Source: Candidatus Marinacidobacterium sp. (GTDB taxonomy: Bacteria; Acidobacteriota; Vicinamibacteria; Marinacidobacterales; Marinacidobacteraceae). Taken from it: a DNA stretch of 64,000 nucleotides. Position numbers and translations under genes: made by a program. Every line of letters begins with the position of its first letter. Position 1 is the stretch's first letter. The notes under the pieces are model-generated. The model made no database searches and was not told where the DNA came from. It was given only the letters and a program-made list of their open reading frames with translations. Positions 25,624-34,995 of this stretch are shown in pieces. The DNA lies in NCBI GenBank assembly GCA_965204755.1, contig OZ242011.1, positions 2,304,001 to 2,368,000 on the forward strand, given 5' to 3'.

Positions 25624-26876
25624 GACTCAAGCGGGTCGTCATCGAGAACTACCGGGCGATCAGCCGGCTGGAACTCCATCTCCACGAGCAGATGAATGTC
25701 TTCTTCGGCAGCAACGCGGAAGGAAAGACCAGCGTTCTGAACGCGATCGCCACTGGCATGGGCGCGATCCTCACACTCCTCCCCAAGGTCGCCTCGGTGG
25801 ACTTTCGAAAGACCGATCACCGCGGAACGAAACCCATCCGCGTCGAACTCGAGACCAGAGACGGCCTGCAGTGGGAGCGCCGTCCCAAGCGGGGCGGTTT
25901 CGACTCCCTCCGTGCCCGACTCGAAGGTGTCTTGGCCGGTGACCCGTCAGAGACCCAGCCGGAGAATCTGCCGATCATTGCGTTCTATGACACGGACCGG
26001 GCTGTCCCCGACCGACCGCTGACGCCGAGCCGGTTCGGGGCCGCCTTTCGCCGATTCGAAGCCCTCGAAGGCGCCCTCGCCGCCGGGTCTGCGTTTCCTG
26101 CTTTCCTGAAATGGTTCCGCGCCAAGGAACACGAGGAATTGGGAACTCGCAACGAGAAGAAGGACTTCGACTATGTGCTGCCTGATCTGAACGCAGCGCG
26201 CAGCGCGATTCAATCGATGGTTCCGGAGATTCGATCTCTCCGCATCGCGTTTCGGCCCTTGCGTTTGGAAGTGACTTGCCAGTCGGACGGTGGAGGAAAA
26301 GAGCGTCTGGGGCTGTCGCAGTTGAGCGGGGGTTACCGCATGATGCTCGCGCTCGCCGGCGATCTCGCCCGTCGCATGGCACAGGGGAACCCCCATCTCG
26401 ACGACCCGCTGCAGTCGGAGGCTGTCGTGCTGATAGATGAGGTGGATCTGCATCTGCATCCGTCTTGGCAGCAGCGCGTCCTCCCCGACCTGATGCGGAC
26501 CTTTCCCAACGCGCAGTTCCTGGTTTCCACCCACAGTCCGCAGGTGCTGACCACCGTAGAAGCCGATCGGATCGTGCATCTGGTGCGCGAGGACGGCGAA
26601 CTCGGCGCCTACGAGGCCGAGGCGTCCACCTACGGCGCGCGGGCTTCGGATGCGCTGCGGAAGGTCATGAAGGTGGACGAGCGACCGGCCGGAAACGGCT
26701 TCGTGAAGGACCTTCGTCGGTATCTCGACATGGTGGCGGACGGTAAGGGGGAATCTCCGACCGCGCGGCGTCTCAGGGAGCAACTGGTCGACATTGCGCC
26801 GCAAGATCCCGACCTCGTACGAGCGGAGTTGGAAATCCGACGGCAGCATGTCATGCGCAATTTGGTGAGGAAATGA
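25620..26876 (+). CDS. ptuA: Septu/retron PtuA-like ABC ATPase (copy 2)
   Basis: GTG start overlapping the copy-1 stop (GTGA); GSNAEGKTS, QLSGGYR, VLIDEVDLHLHPSWQQ and STHSPQV. Confidence 0.82.
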   Translation: MRLKRVVIENYRAISRLELHLHEQMNVFFGSNAEGKTSVLNAIATGMGAILTLLPKVASVDFRKTDHRGTKPIRVELETRDGLQWERRPKRGGFDSLRARLEGVLAGDPSETQPENLPIIAFYDTDRAVPDRPLTPSRFGAAFRRFEALEGALAAGSAFPAFLKWFRAKEHEELGTRNEKKDFDYVLPDLNAARSAIQSMVPEIRSLRIAFRPLRLEVTCQSDGGGKERLGLSQLSGGYRMMLALAGDLARRMAQGNPHLDDPLQSEAVVLIDEVDLHLHPSWQQRVLPDLMRTFPNAQFLVSTHSPQVLTTVEADRIVHLVREDGELGAYEAEASTYGARASDALRKVMKVDERPAGNGFVKDLRRYLDMVADGKGESPTARRLREQLVDIAPQDPDLVRAELEIRRQHVMRNLVRK

Positions 26877-27610
26877 AGCGCATTCGGGGTCTTGACGCGT
26901 CCACTCCCGGACTCGCGGACTACTGTCGCGTAGAACGCGATCATCCGAGTTGGGAGGGTTTCCGAAGCCACCAAGACGGAGCCGCTTACGCCGAACTGCG
27001 CGAGTTTCTCATCCAACGACAGCGGGGACTCTGCGGGTACTGCGAGATCTCACTGAAACCGGGAGACATCCAAGTCGATCATGTCTTGCCCCGGAGTGCC
27101 GGCGGCGGGGAACTGGACGAAGGGAATCTCGTCGCCTGTTGCCGTGGCGGCACGACGCGGCCCAGGCCATCCGGCGTTTCGCGCCGCGAGAACCGACTGA
27201 ACCGCAGTTGCGGCGAAGCCAAGGAGAATCGGACGGATCCCGCCTTTCTCGATCCTCGGAAGTTGCCCATTGCTCCGCCGCTGTTCCGAGTGGACTCGGA
27301 GGGGCGAATCTGCGCGAACCGACCAGGCTGCTCCGCGACGGGTGTTCGAACGGCCAGGGTCAGGGACACGGTCGAGATGCTGGGCTTGAACGCCGAGCGG
27401 CTCCGAGAGGCCCGTACTGTGCTGTGGGACGTCCTGCTGGAGGTCTCGGAGAAGTTCGAGGCCGATCGTGACGGACTGGAGGCGTGGATGCGGAATGTTC
27501 TCTTGGCCGGGGACGATGGTCTGCTAATGGAGTTCTTCAGCACTTCGCGGTCCTTCTTCGGCCTTTCGGCGGAAGCCGTGTTGGCGGAAGCACCGGAGGA
27601 ATGGGTGTGA
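26873..27610 (+). CDS. ptuB: PtuB-like HNH endonuclease (TIGR02646-like)
   Basis: QRGLCGYCE, VDHVLPRS, NLVACC, SCGEAK and LGLNAERL; ATGA-coupled to the ATPase. Confidence 0.85.
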   Translation: MKRIRGLDASTPGLADYCRVERDHPSWEGFRSHQDGAAYAELREFLIQRQRGLCGYCEISLKPGDIQVDHVLPRSAGGGELDEGNLVACCRGGTTRPRPSGVSRRENRLNRSCGEAKENRTDPAFLDPRKLPIAPPLFRVDSEGRICANRPGCSATGVRTARVRDTVEMLGLNAERLREARTVLWDVLLEVSEKFEADRDGLEAWMRNVLLAGDDGLLMEFFSTSRSFFGLSAEAVLAEAPEEWV

Positions 27611-27659
27611 GCCGGCAGGGGACGCGAACCGGGTGCCCGGCGCGTAGGAGGTGGGGGCG

Positions 27660-30575
27660 ATGAGTGACCGACGGTTGATCGAAGACTGGTTGCCCGTCGC
27701 GGAACTGAGCGTCGAGAGTACGCGCGAGCGGACGCCGATGACGCCGTTTCCGGCGCCGAACCGGCTCCATGTGTGGTGGGCGCGGCGGCCGCTGGTGGCG
27801 TCGCGGGCGGCGGTGCTGGCTTCGCTGCTGCCGGCGGACGCCGACCGGAAGCAGTTCCTCCACTGCCTCGGCATCCACGGCGACCCGGTGAAGGCGAAGG
27901 CCAAGATTGCGAAGGCACGTAGAACGGGGAAGCGCGTAGCCAATCCCTACGGTTACGACCGTGCGTACCAGCACTCGCCGGATCAGGGAGATAGGCGGTG
28001 GCTTCGCTCCGCGCTTAGTCAATTCTCCACGGACCCGGTGATACTCGATCCGACGGCCGGCGGCGGGAGTATTCCCTTTGAAGCCCTGCGACTGGGGTTC
28101 AAGTGTTTCGCCAATGATCTGAACCCTGTCGCAGTTTTTCTTCTGCGCGCCACCCTGGACTTCCCTCACCGTTTCGGTGCAGCTGTTCAACAGGAGTTCG
28201 AAGCGCTTGCGGGAAGATGGCGTGGAAAACTGCAGTCAAGACTGGAGTCCCTGTTTCCGCAGCGGCAACTGCCGGATCGCGTCGACCAAACCTACCTTTG
28301 GGCGCGAACCGTGTGCTGTCCGTACTGCACCGGACTAGTGCCACTGTCGCCGAATTGGCGGCTAACGCCCAAGGGCGTCGGCGTGCGGTTGAGGCCCGAG
28401 ACTGGCGGCAAACAGCGAGTTTGCAGCTTTGAGATTGTGGAGGCGGCTGCGGATCAGTCAGAGGGGACAGTGGCGAAGGGAGACGGGAAATGTCCGTTTC
28501 CCGACTGCGGACAGCTCATCAGTGGGGACGAGATCAAGAGGCAAGCGCGAGGTGGGAAAATGGGGGAACAACTCTTCGCCGTCGTGTATGAGGAGAAGGT
28601 GGAGTATCGGACGAAGGCCGGCAAGCCGGGCTGTAAGTGGGTGCGCCGCTTCCGGGAGCCTCGTCCAGGGGATGACAATGACGAGGCGGTCCGAGTGCGC
28701 CTCGCCGAACAGGTCCCGGACTGGGATGCGCAGAACTTGGTGCCGTCGGAAGACTACGACGACATGTATTGCGACAACATCAAGAGTTACGGCGTTCGGA
28801 CTTGGCGCGATCTCTTCTCACCGAGGCAACTGCTTTGTCACGGCACTAGTGTCGAGATCTTCCACGAACTGTTGGAGGCCGACAGGGGTACACTGAGTGC
28901 CGCCCGTCGTGCTGCGTACGCGTACTTGGCAATCGGTCTTGATACCATGCTCGACTACAACTGTCGTGCCAGTTATTGGGATGCCACGACCGGTAGGGGT
29001 GTGCGACACATCTTCAATCGGCACGACTTGGCGTTCGTTTGGTCGTACGCCGAGATGGCGCCGCTTGTCTCCGGCAAAGGTTACGACTGGGCCATTGAGA
29101 AGACGGCCAAGTGCCTCCGCGAGTTGGGCGATCTCGTTGACGGTAAACAGAAAAGTGACCGGAACGGGTTGTTTCCCGGAGGAGGCAGTCCACCTGCACT
29201 TGGCCCCATAATCACTTGCGGCTCGGGAGAGCAGTTGGATCACTTGGAAGACGAGAGTGTAGACGCGGTCGTGATAGATCCGCCGTACTACAACAATGTC
29301 ATGTACGCGGAGTTGTCAGACTTCTTTTATGTCTGGCTGAAGCGCACGGCCGGCCACGTCTTTCCGGAGTTGTTTCGGCCGCGTCTGACGGACAAGGAGA
29401 ACGAGGCGGTGGCAAATCCGGCACGGTTCGCCGGAGAGACGGGAGCGAGGGCGCTCGCGGGCCGGGCGTACCGGGAACGAATGGCCGCTATTTTTCGCGA
29501 GATGCGCCGCGTGCTGAAAACAGATGGCGTGATGACTCTGATGTTCACCCACAAGGCTACCGGTGCTTGGGACGCGCTGGCGACGGGCCTTATGGATGCG
29601 GGATTCTCCGTCAGTGCGTCGTGGCCTGTCAGCACTGAGTCTGAGGGTGGGCTCCACATCAAGAACAAGGCAGCTGCGAAGAGCTCCGTCTTCTTGGTAT
29701 GCCGTCCGCGGGTGCCGCAAGTCGAAGGCGAGGAGAAGCCTTTCTGGGAAGAGATCGAGCCGCGAGTTGCGGAGCTGGTACGGGAGCGTGTCGGAAGGTT
29801 CGAGCGCGCGGGTATCTCGCGAGTGGATCTCTACTTGGCCGCCTTCGGGCCGGCGCTCGAAGAGTTTTCCCGCTACTGGCCGGTGAAGCGAGCTCGGCCG
29901 GCGCGAAGGCCGAAGGAACTCACGCGCCGGGCGTCCGCGCTCTTCACCGAGGAGTGGGACGCCTACCGGGCTCGACCGGAGGACGCGCTGCTGGTCGCCC
30001 GTCGTGAAGTGAAGCGCTGGGTGATGGAGCGCCTCACTCGCTCGGCCGGCCGTTCGGAACTTGATCCGCTGACGGACTTTTTTTTGTTGGCGTGGGAGGC
30101 GTTCCGCGCTCCGGCTTTCCCCTACGACGAGGCACTGAAGTTGGCGCGCGCAGTCGGGCTCGACTTGGAGAAGGCGGTCGTCGGGCGGCTCGCGGGGAAG
30201 AAGGACCAGAACCTCCACCTCTGGGACAGCGTTCGCCGGGCCGGGAAGAACCGGATCGGGCCGGTGGACGGCTCGCGGGCGGCGCTCGACCGCCTCCACC
30301 ACGCGGCGAACCTGGCGCGAAGCCACACGCTCTCGGCGGCCAAGGAGCAGTTGGAGCAGGTCCCGGCGGCGGACGAGAGCGCATTCCGGGCGGCGCTCGA
30401 CGCCGCGCTGGAAGTGCTGCCGCTCCCCCCGTCCAAGACCGGCGCGGCGCTCAAGGGCGAGATCGAGTCGGCGAGCAACGACTTCGAGGCGCTGTTCGAA
30501 CTCGGCAAACTGCTCTACGGCGCCAAGTTCGAAGAACCCCGCCAACTGAAACTCTGGCAATCGCCGTCGGCGTGA
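27660..30575 (+). CDS. DUF1156 adenine-specific DNA methyltransferase
   Basis: LHVWWARRPLVASRA, DPTAGGGSIPFEALRLG, Zn-binding CPYC/CPFPDC and catalytic IDPPYY; AGGAGG RBS before ATG 27660. Confidence 0.92.
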   Translation: MSDRRLIEDWLPVAELSVESTRERTPMTPFPAPNRLHVWWARRPLVASRAAVLASLLPADADRKQFLHCLGIHGDPVKAKAKIAKARRTGKRVANPYGYDRAYQHSPDQGDRRWLRSALSQFSTDPVILDPTAGGGSIPFEALRLGFKCFANDLNPVAVFLLRATLDFPHRFGAAVQQEFEALAGRWRGKLQSRLESLFPQRQLPDRVDQTYLWARTVCCPYCTGLVPLSPNWRLTPKGVGVRLRPETGGKQRVCSFEIVEAAADQSEGTVAKGDGKCPFPDCGQLISGDEIKRQARGGKMGEQLFAVVYEEKVEYRTKAGKPGCKWVRRFREPRPGDDNDEAVRVRLAEQVPDWDAQNLVPSEDYDDMYCDNIKSYGVRTWRDLFSPRQLLCHGTSVEIFHELLEADRGTLSAARRAAYAYLAIGLDTMLDYNCRASYWDATTGRGVRHIFNRHDLAFVWSYAEMAPLVSGKGYDWAIEKTAKCLRELGDLVDGKQKSDRNGLFPGGGSPPALGPIITCGSGEQLDHLEDESVDAVVIDPPYYNNVMYAELSDFFYVWLKRTAGHVFPELFRPRLTDKENEAVANPARFAGETGARALAGRAYRERMAAIFREMRRVLKTDGVMTLMFTHKATGAWDALATGLMDAGFSVSASWPVSTESEGGLHIKNKAAAKSSVFLVCRPRVPQVEGEEKPFWEEIEPRVAELVRERVGRFERAGISRVDLYLAAFGPALEEFSRYWPVKRARPARRPKELTRRASALFTEEWDAYRARPEDALLVARREVKRWVMERLTRSAGRSELDPLTDFFLLAWEAFRAPAFPYDEALKLARAVGLDLEKAVVGRLAGKKDQNLHLWDSVRRAGKNRIGPVDGSRAALDRLHHAANLARSHTLSAAKEQLEQVPAADESAFRAALDAALEVLPLPPSKTGAALKGEIESASNDFEALFELGKLLYGAKFEEPRQLKLWQSPSA

Positions 30576-30687
30576 TCGCGCGGCGCCCGGGCGCAAAGGG
30601 CGACAGCGCCTGTCCACTGCGCCGGAGAGAATCCCCGCCCTCGTGATCGTCCGGGACGCCGACCGCCGACCCGCCCGAACCTGAACC

Positions 30688-33600
30688 GTGCTCGCCGAAC
30701 GCTCCTGGTACACCCGCTACACGCGGGAAGACGGGGACCTCATCGAGAAGTTCTATGTCCCGCTGCTCCGGGACGCGATCCGCTACGACCGCACCACCGG
30801 CTACTTCAACGCGCAGGCGTTGACCCTCGCCGCCCGGGGGATCGAAGGGCTCCTGCGGAACGGCGGGACGATGCGGCTGGTCGTGGGCTGCACCCTGGAC
30901 GAGAAGGAAATCGCCGCGATCCGCCGCGGGGAGGATCCGCAGAAGCGGGCGGCGCTCCGGCTCGCCGCCTCGCCGCTCGATCCGGCCGACGCCGAATCCA
31001 CCGACGCCCTGGAGTTGCTCGCCTGGATGGTCGCCAACCGCCACCTGGAGGTGAAGGTGGCGGTCCCCTGCGACGCCGCGGGCCGACCGAGCCCCGACGA
31101 TTCGATCTTCCACGAGAAGACCGGGCTGGTCGAAGACGAGGACGGGAACAGACTGGCTTGGAGCGGCAGCCTGAACGAGACCCGCGCCGGCTGGCGGGAC
31201 AACTGGGAAGGCTTCATGGTGTTCCGCAGTTGGCGCGAGGCGGCGCAGGTCGATGTCCTCGACCGGAATTTCACGACCTTGTGGGAGGGCCGGACGAAGC
31301 GGGCGCTGGTCATGGGCGTGCCGCAGGCCGTGCGCAACGACCTGTTCCGGTATCTGCCGGACGAGGGCCGTCCGCCGAAGCGCCTCGAGGAGTCGGCGCC
31401 CGAACCGGCGCCGGCCCCGCCCGCGCCGCCGCCGAAACCCGCCCCGGCGAAACCCGCGCTCTCCCCCGAAGCCCGCCGCGCCCTCGTCTGGGGTTTCCTC
31501 CGCGACCTCCCCGGACGCGAACGGACGGAGGCGCTCGGCGAAGCCACCGCCGCCGTAACCCCGTGGCCGCACCAGGCGCGGGCCTTCGACCGGCTCTGGG
31601 GACGGTGGCCGCCCCGGCTGCTCATCGCCGACGAAGTGGGGCTCGGCAAGACGATCCAGGCCGGGATGCTGCTGCGCCAGGCCTGGCTCGGCGGGCGCGC
31701 GAAACGCATCCTGATCCTCGCGCCGAAAGCCGTGCTCGGCCAGTGGCGGGTCGAACTCCGCGAGAAGTTCAACCTGAACTGGCCGGTGTACGACGGCAGA
31801 TACCTCGTGCGAGAGGCCTCGCCGGCGCTGCCGGACGAGGACGGGCGCCGGGAAGTCGGGGCCGAAGGTTGGGTGGACGAACCGGCGGTGATCGCGTCCA
31901 GCCAACTCTTCTGGCGGGAGGAGCGCGCCGCGGTGCTCCGGGCGGCGCCGCGTTACGACCTGATCGTGCTCGACGAAGCGCACCACGCCCGCCGGCGCAG
32001 CGCCGGGTCGAAGAAGGCGCGATACCCGAACCGCCTGCTGGGGTTGATGGACGAACTCCGCGACCGCGCGGACGGCCTGCTCCTGTTGACCGCGACGCCG
32101 ATGCAGGTGGACGCGGTGGAACTGTGGGACCTGCTGTCGCTGCTCGGCCTGCCCGACGAATGGAGCGCGGACGCCTTCGTCCGCTTCTTCGAGGACGCCG
32201 CGCAGCCGAACCCGGACCGGGAGACGCTGGCGCGGATGGCGCGCCTCTTCCGCTCCGCCGAAGGGGAATGGGGCCGGGCCGACCGGAAGGAAGTCCAGCG
32301 CCGCACCGGCCTCGGCGTCATCCGGGCGAAGAAAGTGCTCGACCGCCTGCGCGACGCCGAAGCCTCCGGCCCGCTCGGCGACCTGTCGCTCGACGAGCGG
32401 CGCGCCGCGGTCCGCGTGATGATCGACGGCTCGCCCGCGCGCCGGCTCATCTCCCGCAACACGCGGGAACTGCTGCGCCGCTACGCGGCGGCCGGCGCGG
32501 ACATCCGCATCGCCCGCCGCCGGGTGGACGACCGGTTCGTGACCCTGCCGCCGGAGCAGGACGAGGCGTACCGCGCGGTGGAGCGCTACATCTCCGAGAC
32601 CTACGACCGCGCGAGGAAGGCCGATCGCGCCGCCGTCGGCTTCGTGATGACGATCTACCGCCGCCGGCTGGCCAGCAGTTTCCGCGCGCTCCGCGCCACC
32701 CTGGAGCGGCGCGCGGCGGCCCTTCGCGGCGAAGCGGCGCCGGGGGGCGAGTCGTGGATAGAAGAAGACCTCCCCGACGACGATCTCGACCCGGAGGCGG
32801 CCGACGCGGACGAGGCGGCGCGGCTGGCGAAACGGGCGCTCGACCGCGAGGAAGTCACCGCCATCGAGGAGTTGCTGTTGCGGGTTCGCTCGCTGCCGCG
32901 CGACGCGAAGTTCGCGGAGTTGCTGCGCGCGCTCGAGGGGTTGCGGTCCGACGGGTATGCGCAGGTCATGGTGTTCACGCAGTTCACGGACACGATGGAC
33001 TTCCTGCGCGAGGAGTTGGCCGGCGAGGGCGGCGGCCTCCGGCTGATGTGCTTCTCCGGGCGCGGCGGCGAAGTCCCCGAAGCGGGCGGCGGGTGGCGCG
33101 CGGTTTCCCGCAGCGAGGTGAAGGAGCGGTTCCGCAAGGGGCAGGCGGAAGTCCTGCTCTGCACCGACGCCGCCGCCGAAGGGCTGAACTTCCAGTTCTG
33201 CGGGGCGGTGGTGAACTACGACCTGCCCTGGAACCCGATGCGCGTGGAACAGCGGATCGGGCGGCTGGATCGGGTGGGCCAGGAGAAGGAAGTGATCCGC
33301 ATCGAGAACCTCCACTACGAGGACACGGTGGAGACGGTGGTGTACCGCGTCCTGCGCCAACGCATCGGCCTGTTCGAGCACTTCGTGGGCAGCCTGCAGC
33401 CGATCCTGGCCCGGTTGCCGGGCCGGATCCGCGACGCCGCCTTCGCCCCCGGCGGCGGTGGCGCGAGCAGCGCCCGCGCCGCGCAGGTGGCGGCGGAACT
33501 GGAACAGGCCGCCGACGAGTCGAAGCGCGCGCCGGGCGGCGGCGCCGTGTCCGCCTCCGGCCGCCCCGACCTCGACGCCGCCGGCGAGGACGAACTCCGC

Positions 33601-33909
33601 CTGCCGGAGCGCCCCCCGTCCCCGGTGACCCTGGACGACCTCGACCGCATCCTCCGCTGGCCGGATCTCCTGCCGCCGGGCTGGGGGGTCCGCCGCCTGG
33701 GAGACCGCGAATACGCCCTCCTCGCCCCGGGCCGGGCAGGGGAAGTCCGCGTCACCACCGACCCGGCCTACTACGACGAGCACCCCGGCAGCGTCGAACT
33801 CTGGTCCCCCGGCGGCCTCCTCTTCCCCACCGGCCCGGACGCCCCACCCGGCGCCCCGACGGAGGAAGTCCGCCGCTACCCGACCCTGAAGTCAATCTTG
33901 GACGCCTGA
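30688..33909 (+). CDS. PLD-nuclease + SNF2-family helicase fusion
   Basis: HKD-like FHEKTG..GSLNET; helicase motifs IADEVGLGKT, LDEAHH, LLTATP, EGLNFQ and QRIGRLDR. Confidence 0.92.
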   Translation: MLAERSWYTRYTREDGDLIEKFYVPLLRDAIRYDRTTGYFNAQALTLAARGIEGLLRNGGTMRLVVGCTLDEKEIAAIRRGEDPQKRAALRLAASPLDPADAESTDALELLAWMVANRHLEVKVAVPCDAAGRPSPDDSIFHEKTGLVEDEDGNRLAWSGSLNETRAGWRDNWEGFMVFRSWREAAQVDVLDRNFTTLWEGRTKRALVMGVPQAVRNDLFRYLPDEGRPPKRLEESAPEPAPAPPAPPPKPAPAKPALSPEARRALVWGFLRDLPGRERTEALGEATAAVTPWPHQARAFDRLWGRWPPRLLIADEVGLGKTIQAGMLLRQAWLGGRAKRILILAPKAVLGQWRVELREKFNLNWPVYDGRYLVREASPALPDEDGRREVGAEGWVDEPAVIASSQLFWREERAAVLRAAPRYDLIVLDEAHHARRRSAGSKKARYPNRLLGLMDELRDRADGLLLLTATPMQVDAVELWDLLSLLGLPDEWSADAFVRFFEDAAQPNPDRETLARMARLFRSAEGEWGRADRKEVQRRTGLGVIRAKKVLDRLRDAEASGPLGDLSLDERRAAVRVMIDGSPARRLISRNTRELLRRYAAAGADIRIARRRVDDRFVTLPPEQDEAYRAVERYISETYDRARKADRAAVGFVMTIYRRRLASSFRALRATLERRAAALRGEAAPGGESWIEEDLPDDDLDPEAADADEAARLAKRALDREEVTAIEELLLRVRSLPRDAKFAELLRALEGLRSDGYAQVMVFTQFTDTMDFLREELAGEGGGLRLMCFSGRGGEVPEAGGGWRAVSRSEVKERFRKGQAEVLLCTDAAAEGLNFQFCGAVVNYDLPWNPMRVEQRIGRLDRVGQEKEVIRIENLHYEDTVETVVYRVLRQRIGLFEHFVGSLQPILARLPGRIRDAAFAPGGGGASSARAAQVAAELEQAADESKRAPGGGAVSASGRPDLDAAGEDELRLPERPPSPVTLDDLDRILRWPDLLPPGWGVRRLGDREYALLAPGRAGEVRVTTDPAYYDEHPGSVELWSPGGLLFPTGPDAPPGAPTEEVRRYPTLKSILDA

Positions 33910-33969
33910 CCACGGTCGGGCGCCCCTCCGAAGTCGGCTTGGTCGACGAGCGGCGCCCGAACCTATCCC

Positions 33970-34995
33970 GTGTCGTTCGCGACGGTTCTCTGGGAGTGCT
34001 CGGTAGTCTTCGGTGCCGCGAGACTCGTGAGTTCGGCGACTGGTGCGGCGTTCGAGGTCCGGTCCATGGGCGAACGGTTCCCGTGGCAGCCGTATCACGC
34101 CCGAGAGGACCTGCTGTGGGTGCGTTGGAGCCCCGGGACGACCGCAAGACCGCCGCGACGAGCGCGACCAGATCCACTTACGCGACGGCCGGAGGAGCGG
34201 AGTCGGAAGTCTCGGAGGCGATTGCATACCGGCTCCTTCAAGTTCCGGCCATCAGCCATGCTTGGACTTCTCGCCAGGGTGGCCGCGGCGCCGCTCTCGG
34301 ATGCCGAGGCCATGGAGACGGTGGGCGCAACCTCGGAGCGGACATACGCCGAGTACTATCGCTTCCTGTTGGCCGGTGATCTCGTTTCTCGGTCCGGGGC
34401 GAGGGTTCAGGCTACTGATGCACTGATGTCGTTGACCACGGCGCTTCGAGACTCGGACTTCGACGGTATTCGAAGTTGCCTGGCGATGGTTCCGTCGTTC
34501 GGCGAATTCCTGCAGACGCTGGACGAGCGGCGCGGCCTGGAGAGAACGGAGTCCGGGATCCGAGCGTTTCCGGCGTACAGTGCGTTTGCAGAAATGTGCT
34601 GCGCCGGCATTCGCCTGGAGAGCGCGGTGATTCTCGCTACGCCGGAGAATCCGGTTCCTGAAGTGTTTGCGGAGATCGCGATCGCTGCCTATGACTCCGT
34701 ACGTCGTGGGGAGGCCCTCGTCCTCACCGGTTCTTGGTTGGAACACCTGGTGCGCGAGTTCCGCATCCACCCGGTGCGCGCGAGACAACGGCTTGCAGAG
34801 GCGAAGCAGGGTGGGCTACTCCGTCGCTACTTCGAGGGATCGACCCCGGAGACACGGTTTCCTGACCGGAAAGTCCATGTCCTGGAGAATCGCGAGGGGC
34901 ATCCGACTCTGCGAGAGGTCAATCTGTACCACGGCGATTTTCTGCATCCGGGACATTCCTCGGCTAGCATTCGCCTGGTGAGGACGACCGCATGA
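33970..34995 (+). CDS. Hypothetical protein (start uncertain: 33970, 34066 or 34258; may be 5'-truncated)
   Basis: The C-terminal ~250 aa is protein-like (RRYFEGSTPET, NLYHGDFL) and ATGA-coupled to the next gene; the N-terminal part looks non-coding-like. Confidence 0.6.
   Translation: MSFATVLWECSVVFGAARLVSSATGAAFEVRSMGERFPWQPYHAREDLLWVRWSPGTTARPPRRARPDPLTRRPEERSRKSRRRLHTGSFKFRPSAMLGLLARVAAAPLSDAEAMETVGATSERTYAEYYRFLLAGDLVSRSGARVQATDALMSLTTALRDSDFDGIRSCLAMVPSFGEFLQTLDERRGLERTESGIRAFPAYSAFAEMCCAGIRLESAVILATPENPVPEVFAEIAIAAYDSVRRGEALVLTGSWLEHLVREFRIHPVRARQRLAEAKQGGLLRRYFEGSTPETRFPDRKVHVLENREGHPTLREVNLYHGDFLHPGHSSASIRLVRTTA

Noticed and set aside
24349-27610. Retron (type I-A, Ec78-like)
   Set aside because: PtuA and HNH effectors are present, but there is no reverse transcriptase in the window and no intergenic room for an msr-msd.
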